Shown one piece after another: positions 57,040-64,000 of a DNA stretch of 64,000 nt. The stretch is from assembly GCA_963666285.1 (NCBI GenBank), contig OY762711.1; one strand, 5' to 3'. Source of the stretch: Sedimentisphaerales bacterium (GTDB lineage: Bacteria > Planctomycetota > Phycisphaerae > Sedimentisphaerales > SM23-30). Below the pieces are notes generated by a model. That model saw nothing but the letters and a program-made list of their open reading frames with translations, did not search any database and was not told the DNA's origin. Every line of letters starts with the position of its first letter. Position 1 is the stretch's first letter. A program made the translations under genes and the position numbers.

Positions 57040-58680
57040 ATGTCTGGCCAGGTAAAAAAAGCAATATGGATATATGCTGATCTTGAGGTAAGTCCTATAG
57101 GAACTCGCAGTCGCTTGTCGGATGAGCTGGCCGGGAAACCGGTATTGAAGCGTACTATAGATCAGTTATGTAAGACAACTGAATTTGATGTTATTACTGT
57201 ATTCTGTCAGAACGCATCTAAAGATGAAGTAATTACTTTAATTAATACAACAGATGAAAAGGTGGAAGTAGTCGGCATTAACTCGCCGGTGAAAAGCAAA
57301 TACATCAAATATCGTAAATGGTCAATTGAATGTTGGCGTGGCGGAGTCGGTGAATATACACAATTTGATGAAGATGCCGTTTCTCCTGAGATGGTTAACT
57401 ATGGCATAGACAGTAAGCATAATGTTGTCATGATTTGTCCCGCGGCTTCGGTTTTAATTGATCCGGAACTGCTGGACGGCATGGCAAGGCATTATGATGA
57501 GCATCGGGACGAAATGAGGTTTATATTCTCACAGTCTCCGCCGGGTTTATGCGGTTGTATGTATAGGCTTGATTTACTGCACAATATAGTACAAAGTGGG
57601 CTAAGTATTGGTAATGTTATTGCCTATGACCCGGAGTCTCCTCATTCAGACCATATAGCACATGAATGCACCTACAAAGTAGGGGAAAACATATATTCAT
57701 GTTTTTCCAGGTTTATCGCTGATAATTGGCGAAGTACTGTACTGCTTAATGAAATTCTTGATACATATGAAAATGTGCCTGGAGCGGTAGAGCTGGTGTC
57801 GTTTGCCAATAAGAAAACCCAATCAGGTGTGTACGAGTTTCCTCGTGAAATTGAAGTAGAGATTACCAGTAATCCATCGCTAAGATATTCAGGTTATCCG
57901 CATACAGTTAAAGATAGAAGCAGCTGGAAATGTTCCAGGTCGGATATGCAGTTTGATATATTTAAAAGTATAGTCGATCAATGCCGGGACTATGATGATT
58001 TGTGCCTGACAATAGGAGGTTTTGGTGAGCCATTGCTGCATTCGCAGTTAGTTGAGTTTTCATCTTATGCCAAACAGTCAGGTATCTTTGGTGTTAATAT
58101 AGAGACCGACGGTATGAATTTGACACCTGAATTATGCGGTCAGTTAATAGCAGCCGGTGTTGATATTATTACGATCCATATTGATGCCTGGGAGGAAGCA
58201 ACCTGGTCCAATGCTAAAAATCAGCATGGAGGTTTTGGCCAGGTAATCTCGCATGCCAAAAGTGCTGTAGAGATGGCCAAAGGTTCTGATACAATAATTG
58301 TATGCTCAATGGTAAAGACTCGAGAAACACTTGCAGATATGGAGCCTTTTTATAATGAGTGGCGAAAACTTAAGGGTGTTTCAATCATCAAAGGCTTTAA
58401 TGACTATTGTGGTTTTATTGAAGATGAAAATGTTATGAATATGTGCCCTCCAGCCAGATTTCCATGCAATTCATTGCTGAGGCAGTTGATGATATTGGCT
58501 GATGGTACGATTTCGGCCTGTCCACAGGATTTCGAAGGAATAAATGTTTGCGGCAATGTATCTGAAGACAGTCTAAAATCTGTATGGGTGGGTGGGAAGT
58601 GTGCAGCAATGCGGCAAAATCATTTTGGAGGAATTTTCACTGACGAATTATGTAAAAATTGCAAAGAATGGTTCAGATAG
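57040..58680 (+). CDS. SpsF/cytidylyltransferase-like domain + degenerate radical SAM + SPASM (spiro-SPASM-like)
   Basis: L.GKPVL N-domain; EIEVEITS...GGFGEPLLH without CxxxCxxC; RFPC..L..Q..I.ADG...AC..D...CKNC.EW. Confidence 0.75.
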   Translation: MSGQVKKAIWIYADLEVSPIGTRSRLSDELAGKPVLKRTIDQLCKTTEFDVITVFCQNASKDEVITLINTTDEKVEVVGINSPVKSKYIKYRKWSIECWRGGVGEYTQFDEDAVSPEMVNYGIDSKHNVVMICPAASVLIDPELLDGMARHYDEHRDEMRFIFSQSPPGLCGCMYRLDLLHNIVQSGLSIGNVIAYDPESPHSDHIAHECTYKVGENIYSCFSRFIADNWRSTVLLNEILDTYENVPGAVELVSFANKKTQSGVYEFPREIEVEITSNPSLRYSGYPHTVKDRSSWKCSRSDMQFDIFKSIVDQCRDYDDLCLTIGGFGEPLLHSQLVEFSSYAKQSGIFGVNIETDGMNLTPELCGQLIAAGVDIITIHIDAWEEATWSNAKNQHGGFGQVISHAKSAVEMAKGSDTIIVCSMVKTRETLADMEPFYNEWRKLKGVSIIKGFNDYCGFIEDENVMNMCPPARFPCNSLLRQLMILADGTISACPQDFEGINVCGNVSEDSLKSVWVGGKCAAMRQNHFGGIFTDELCKNCKEWFR

Positions 58681-58742
58681 TAATGTACTTTGCCGATAAT
58701 TGTAAATATATGTAAAAGAACTGCTATTTTGGAGATAAAAAA

Positions 58743-59669
58743 ATGAAAAATGCAAAAATATACATAATTTATATTGTAGTTGTGCTGGTATTGAGTTATG
58801 CCTTTACTTATGCAATGAGAATATGGCAGTATAAGGGTGGATTTGATAATGCCAGACCATTTCTTGAAATACAGTATGATGTTGAAAGCTGGAAAGCGGC
58901 AGAAGGTTTGACTTTGCATGATTTCGGCACATTTAGCATGGGGCTGCCAGACGAAGATATGCAGATGATTTCTATCCCAGTAGCTCCAAATGGTACAGTA
59001 ATTGAACCTTTTTTCTTAATAAGTGCTAATAGCGGTTCATTTAAATTTTCTCAGCCCACTTCTGTTGATATCCAGAAACAGGACATGGAGAAGTTGAAAA
59101 GCCTGAAGCCTGATGATGAGAATGTTCAGTCTTCAGTAGTCAAGGATTATGATTATTATAAATCTATGCTTGACGTAAAAGAGTTAGGATATTTTGAGTA
59201 TCTAAAGCTTGATGAAAATGCAGTTAAGGCATATATAGAAAAAGTAAATGAAAAGGTAAATTTTATTCAAAAAGCAAAAGATATAGTGCTGTTTGAAACC
59301 GAAGATCTGAATGGGGTTTTGATCCAAATAGAGGGAGTTGTTAAGCATAAGGACGAAGCTGTTGATGAAGGTAAATCATTTGCAAATGCTGAAGTAACTG
59401 TTTGGAGTAAAACTGGTGATATAACACAAAAGTTCTTTGTCACTGGTAAACCCGGTGAGCTTGGAGCCTCAATTGAATTGATTAAAAAGGTAATTCCTTC
59501 AATCAATTATGCCGGCAGAGAAATACAGACTTTAGATAAACAGATGCCTGCTTGTTTGAATGCAATTAAGAACCTGGAATGGTTTAAATATCTCAAATTG
59601 AAGATGCCTGAAGTAGAGGGTCCCGCTGTGCCGGCTAATCCGGTTGGTGAAAATGAAGTAACAAATTAG
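58743..59669 (+). CDS. Hypothetical protein with N-terminal membrane anchor
   Basis: GGAG RBS, 308-aa ORF, hydrophobic N-terminus; no recognised motif. Confidence 0.75.
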   Translation: MKNAKIYIIYIVVVLVLSYAFTYAMRIWQYKGGFDNARPFLEIQYDVESWKAAEGLTLHDFGTFSMGLPDEDMQMISIPVAPNGTVIEPFFLISANSGSFKFSQPTSVDIQKQDMEKLKSLKPDDENVQSSVVKDYDYYKSMLDVKELGYFEYLKLDENAVKAYIEKVNEKVNFIQKAKDIVLFETEDLNGVLIQIEGVVKHKDEAVDEGKSFANAEVTVWSKTGDITQKFFVTGKPGELGASIELIKKVIPSINYAGREIQTLDKQMPACLNAIKNLEWFKYLKLKMPEVEGPAVPANPVGENEVTN

Positions 59670-59690
59670 TAATATTAAAGAGAAGCAATA

Positions 59691-60404
59691 TTGAATATAT
59701 TAGGATTTATACCAGCTCGAGCAGGCAGTGTAGGCGTGCCAGGTAAAAATATACGCATGTTATGCGGCAGGCCGGTAATAGCATATACAATTGATATAGC
59801 TCTGAAATCCAGTTCCCTTACAAATATAGTTGTCAGCAGTGATGATCAAGAAATCAAAAAATACTGTGCTGAGCAGAATATTAATTTTATCGATCGTCCG
59901 TTAGAGTTAGCCGGTTCGGATTCTCGCATAGATGATGCCATTCGTCATGGGATTTCTGTAGTGGAACCAGCTATTGGTAAAGTCGATTTCATTGTCTTGT
60001 TATATGCCAATATACCGGTTCGACCGGCAAATGTAGTAGATGATGCCGTTGATATGATGATAAAAACAGGAGCTGATTCAGTTCATTCCATATCTGATAT
60101 TGGCAAATTTCACCCATACTGGCTTTTACAGAAAGGCAATGAAGGACGGGTTAGCAAATATATTCCTAATAATATTTATCGCAGGCAGGAATTACCGGAA
60201 TTGTTTGCTATTGACGGTGCTGTTTGTGTGTTAAAAAGAGATATCGTTATGGCTGCTGAGGGAAGTGAGAACCCTCATGCATTTTGGGGCAAGGATATTC
60301 GCGGGCTCCCGCTGGCACCTCATGACACTATAGATATTGATTCCGTTCGTGATTTTTTATTAGCGGAATCTGTCATTAGGCATAAAAATGGCGAAACCAG
60401 TTAA
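59691..60404 (+). CDS. Acylneuraminate (NeuA/PseF-type) cytidylyltransferase
   Basis: IPARAGS.GVPGKNIR...GRP.I, SSDD, RRQELP, IDID...DF; TTG start. Confidence 0.9.
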   Translation: MNILGFIPARAGSVGVPGKNIRMLCGRPVIAYTIDIALKSSSLTNIVVSSDDQEIKKYCAEQNINFIDRPLELAGSDSRIDDAIRHGISVVEPAIGKVDFIVLLYANIPVRPANVVDDAVDMMIKTGADSVHSISDIGKFHPYWLLQKGNEGRVSKYIPNNIYRRQELPELFAIDGAVCVLKRDIVMAAEGSENPHAFWGKDIRGLPLAPHDTIDIDSVRDFLLAESVIRHKNGETS

Positions 60405-60608
60405 GGCGACATGGCATAACCACTTGTCATTTATATGTTTACCATTATTTACTACTGGTGTCGTATCAAATTATCTAATCTAAATCAATCTTTATATATA
60501 GTACCATTTTGTCTGGACAGTGTATAGAGTATCTGATATACTGTATCTTTTGTATGTAAATGTAATTGTTTGTGATATAATAGTTTATGATCTGATTGGA
60601 GAAGCAGA

Positions 60609-62822
60609 ATGTTAAAAATAAAATTATTTGCGATGGCTCTTCTGCTATTGTTTGTTTTTAATGCCGTTTTATATTCTGAAAACAATGAAGCAGCTGACAA
60701 TAAAGATGATTCAGCAGCTAGCGTAGATTTAGGAGCAGTTGCTGTTAAAGTCAACGACTTTGCAATTACTGAAGGGGATATTGAAGCAGCAATTGTCCAA
60801 CAATTGTCCAGCAGGCCTGATATTATGAAAAATGAAGAGCTTTTTGCTCGCTACAAGCAGTCATTGCGTCGAAGAGTCTTAAGTAGTCTTATAAACTCAG
60901 CTTTACTCAACCAGGCGGCAGAAAGTGAAGGACTTGCTTTAACAGAAGAAGAAATAAATGAAAAACTTGATGAAATTGTTAAGCTTGGGATGCAGCAGAC
61001 CGGGATGACCAGGGAAGAGCTTGCGGCTGATATACTGAAAAATAAAAAAATGACGATTGAAGAGTCATTAAATCTGTATAAGAAAAACAAGCAGTTTTTG
61101 GATGTCATTTTGTTTGAAAAAATAGTATCAGCAAAATTCCCGAAGGAAGCGTTTGTTTCAGAAAATGAAATCAAAGAATATTATAATAAGAATTTAGATG
61201 CCAGGTACAAACAGAAGGCTACTGTTACCGCCAGTCATATTCTAGTTACTACCCTTGATGAAAAACGCCAGCCACTAAGCGAAGAAAAGAAACTAGAGGC
61301 TAAAGCGAAAATTGAAAAAATCAAAAAAGAATTATCTGAGCCTAAGGCCGATTTTGGCGAACTGGCAGAGAAGTATTCTGATTGTCCCAGCGGAAAGCGA
61401 GCTAAGGGATCTCTCGGAGCGTTTCCAAGACATGGTGCAATGGTTGAACCGTTTGCAGAAGCTGCATTTGAGTTGGAGCCGGGTGAGATTAGCGATATAG
61501 TTGAGACTCAGTTTGGTTATCATATTATTAAAGTAACAGATAAAGCTGAAGAAAAAGTTACTGCTTTTGATGAGGTTAAAGACGGTATAGCTAATCAGCT
61601 TGCCAAGGCAAAGAAACAACAGGTTTTGAGTGAATATGTTCAAAAGCTTCGCGAAAAAGCACAAATTATTTATACGAATACAAATGACGACCCTGTAGAA
61701 ATTATGAAACAACAGGAAGAGTTAAAGAAACAAATTGAAAGTAAGCAGCAAGAAGAAGAAAACAAGAAAGTAGCTTCTGATGACAATAATATTAAAATGA
61801 TAGAAAAAAAGCTTAATTCCATTAAATCTAATGAAAAGCGGAATAGTAATGCTTTAGAATCTTCAAGGCAATTAAATTTAGATAATTTATCATTAAATCA
61901 GAAGATAGAGTATTATGTGTCTACTAATCAGCCATCAAGTGCTGCTGCGATTGGGAAACCAGCAGTGAAGCCATTGATAGCTTTTCTTGATAATACTAAT
62001 CGTGAATTTTGTGTTACTGCTGCAAAAGCATTGTGCGAAATTGGAGATTTAGAAGCAGTTGATTCTTTAGATAAATTTTTTAATTCGTCAAGTTTATTTA
62101 ACAAATCTCCAGCATTAAATTTTACTGCTTACCATGGTTATGCAAAAATATTTAATGCATTGATTGGTAAAAATCAATATAAAAATGCACTTGAATCTTA
62201 TGGTCCTAATGCGTTATTATGTGCTGCTGATCAGGGTCATGGTGATATAGTAAATGAATTGTTATTGAAAAATATCGATGTTAATAGTATTGCCCCTTAT
62301 AGTGAATATGAATTTGCTTATATTGTTCATGACTTGTCAGAGAACGGTATAACTTTGATTGGTAGCCAAGGTAAACGATTGCCAATAATGAATGCTGCAG
62401 ATAAAGGTTATAATAAAATTGTTCAACTTTTGATAAATAATGGAGCAAATGTTAATGTGAAAGACGAGAACGGAATTACACCGTTAATGTTTGCTTCGGC
62501 TAATGGGCATACTGACGTTGTAAAGCTTTTGATAGAAAATGACGCTGACCTAGAAGCAAAAGCAACATGGGTTATAACAGAGTATGAAAAGTTGAAGTTT
62601 ATTAATGATGTTACACGGGTAAAAACTAAAACTATTGAAGGTGTTACCTCTTTAATCTTAGCTGTTAAAAATGCCCATACGGATGTAGTTAACCTTTTAC
62701 TTTCAAAAGGTGCAGACGTTAATGCCAAAGATGCCAATGGAAAAATGGTGCTTGATTATGCAATAGAAAGTTGCAATAAAGATATAATCAAACTTCTAAA
62801 ACAGTTTGGTGTTCAAGAATAA
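60609..62822 (+). CDS. PrsA/PpiC-type peptidylprolyl isomerase fused to HEAT-like and ankyrin repeats
   Basis: ASHILV, FGELAEKYSDCPS, GSLG.F....MV.PF..AAF, ETQFGYHII; C-terminal G.TPL..A...GH..VV.LL ankyrins. Confidence 0.85.
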   Translation: MLKIKLFAMALLLLFVFNAVLYSENNEAADNKDDSAASVDLGAVAVKVNDFAITEGDIEAAIVQQLSSRPDIMKNEELFARYKQSLRRRVLSSLINSALLNQAAESEGLALTEEEINEKLDEIVKLGMQQTGMTREELAADILKNKKMTIEESLNLYKKNKQFLDVILFEKIVSAKFPKEAFVSENEIKEYYNKNLDARYKQKATVTASHILVTTLDEKRQPLSEEKKLEAKAKIEKIKKELSEPKADFGELAEKYSDCPSGKRAKGSLGAFPRHGAMVEPFAEAAFELEPGEISDIVETQFGYHIIKVTDKAEEKVTAFDEVKDGIANQLAKAKKQQVLSEYVQKLREKAQIIYTNTNDDPVEIMKQQEELKKQIESKQQEEENKKVASDDNNIKMIEKKLNSIKSNEKRNSNALESSRQLNLDNLSLNQKIEYYVSTNQPSSAAAIGKPAVKPLIAFLDNTNREFCVTAAKALCEIGDLEAVDSLDKFFNSSSLFNKSPALNFTAYHGYAKIFNALIGKNQYKNALESYGPNALLCAADQGHGDIVNELLLKNIDVNSIAPYSEYEFAYIVHDLSENGITLIGSQGKRLPIMNAADKGYNKIVQLLINNGANVNVKDENGITPLMFASANGHTDVVKLLIENDADLEAKATWVITEYEKLKFINDVTRVKTKTIEGVTSLILAVKNAHTDVVNLLLSKGADVNAKDANGKMVLDYAIESCNKDIIKLLKQFGVQE

Positions 62823-62900
62823 ATATATGTTAATTCTTTGCCTAGCAAATTGATGATTCTGTTAAACTAAAATATAATAAACAAGTGAGGATAATATATC

Positions 62901-63773
62901 ATGTTTACCGGTTCACTGGTAGCTTTAGTAACGCCATTTAATAATGGCCAGGTTGACTATGACAGTTTGTCAAAGTTGATTGAATTTCATGTAGATAACG
63001 GCACAAACGGTCTTGTTCCATGCGGCACAACCGGAGAGTCTCCAACATTGTCTACTCAAGAGCACAAGGATGTGATTAAGTTTGTAGTTGATAAAGCTGC
63101 AGGGCGTTTACCTGTGATTGCCGGTACCGGTTCTAACAGTACTGAGGAAGCAATAGATCTTACTCGTTATGCCAAGGAAGTCGGTGCAGACGCGACCTTG
63201 CAGGTTTCTCCGTATTATAACAAGCCTAGCCAGGAAGGGCTTTATCAGCATTTTGCCGCTATCGCAAAATCTGTTGACCTGCCTATAGTACTATATAATA
63301 TTCCCGGACGCTGTGTTGTGAATATGGAACCTGAAACAATTATCAGGTTAGCCGAATTAAAGAATATAGTTGCCATAAAAGAAGCAACTGGAAAAATGGA
63401 TCAGGCATCTTCTATCTCAGTCAGCAATTGTGGATTGACAATTCTATCTGGTGATGACAGTTTAACCTTGCCTTTGGGCTCTGTTGGCGGCCGTGGTGTA
63501 GTTTCTGTTGTAGCTAACATTGTTCCTGTGGATGTTCGTAAGCTTACTGATGCGATTTTGGCCTCAGATTTTGTAGAAGCACGCAAATTGCATGATAAGC
63601 TATATGGCTTGGGTAGTGCTCTATTGGGTTTGTCAACAAATCCTGTCCCAATTAAGGCTGCAATGGCCATGCTGGGAATGTGCAGCGAAGAACTTCGTTT
63701 GCCTATGGTACCTCTTGACGATTCATCAAGAGCTAAACTTAAGAATATACTAACAAACTACGGCCTGCTTTAG
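62901..63773 (+). CDS. dapA: 4-hydroxy-tetrahydrodipicolinate synthase
   Basis: [45 protein letters not shown]. Confidence 0.97.
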   Translation: MFTGSLVALVTPFNNGQVDYDSLSKLIEFHVDNGTNGLVPCGTTGESPTLSTQEHKDVIKFVVDKAAGRLPVIAGTGSNSTEEAIDLTRYAKEVGADATLQVSPYYNKPSQEGLYQHFAAIAKSVDLPIVLYNIPGRCVVNMEPETIIRLAELKNIVAIKEATGKMDQASSISVSNCGLTILSGDDSLTLPLGSVGGRGVVSVVANIVPVDVRKLTDAILASDFVEARKLHDKLYGLGSALLGLSTNPVPIKAAMAMLGMCSEELRLPMVPLDDSSRAKLKNILTNYGLL

Positions 63774-63828
63774 TTTTGAGAAAGACTACCTGAAAATCAA
63801 ACTGTAGTAATGACAGTTTGTATATATT

Positions 63829-64000
63829 ATGCTATTACCTCTAGGTACCGACAACAGATTACGCAAAACACCAATAGTCAATTATGCTATCATTGCGCTA
63901 AATTTGATAGTATTTGTTCTGGCTCTTGCAAGTAAGCATGCCCATTCAAGCGAGGATGAGGTATTTGCTCCATATTTGCTATATCCTTCAGTTCCGGCAC
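63829..64000 (+). CDS. Probable rhomboid-family intramembrane protease, 5' part (runs off window)
   Basis: MLLPLGTDNRLRKTPIVNYAIIALNLIVF resembles a typical rhomboid N-terminus; catalytic motifs are not in the window. Confidence 0.6.
   Translation, partial: MLLPLGTDNRLRKTPIVNYAIIALNLIVFVLALASKHAHSSEDEVFAPYLLYPSVPA

Overview
Bacterial chromosomal window. The gene content (prepilin-type H-X9-DG protein, PEP-CTERM protein, LamG/dockerin-like surface proteins, sulfatase, second S1-like protein) suggests a planctomycete, plausibly Phycisphaerae; this is an inference. Housekeeping genes: rimO, class II RNR nrdJ with an NrdR box, a short pyk, a frameshifted miaA, dapA and tRNA-Pro(CGG). Accessory content: a 13-kb sugar-modification cluster with four radical SAM enzymes, a split transketolase and duplicated DegT/acetyltransferase modules; large secreted modular proteins; a GH38 mannosidase; a hydrazine-synthase-like two-gene multiheme pair; and a spiro-SPASM-like protein. 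The most unusual signal is absent from the ORF track: two 27-aa lipoprotein-signal ORFs (predicted mature peptides CIHIS and CIYIG) lie in tandem upstream of a DUF4097-like lipoprotein whose mature N-terminus is CIYING, with ECF-sigma-type promoter motifs. The intergenic DNA also carries a heptamer-led REP-like repeat family with compensatory base changes and two conserved upstream motifs. All annotation was done by eye; no database searches were run.
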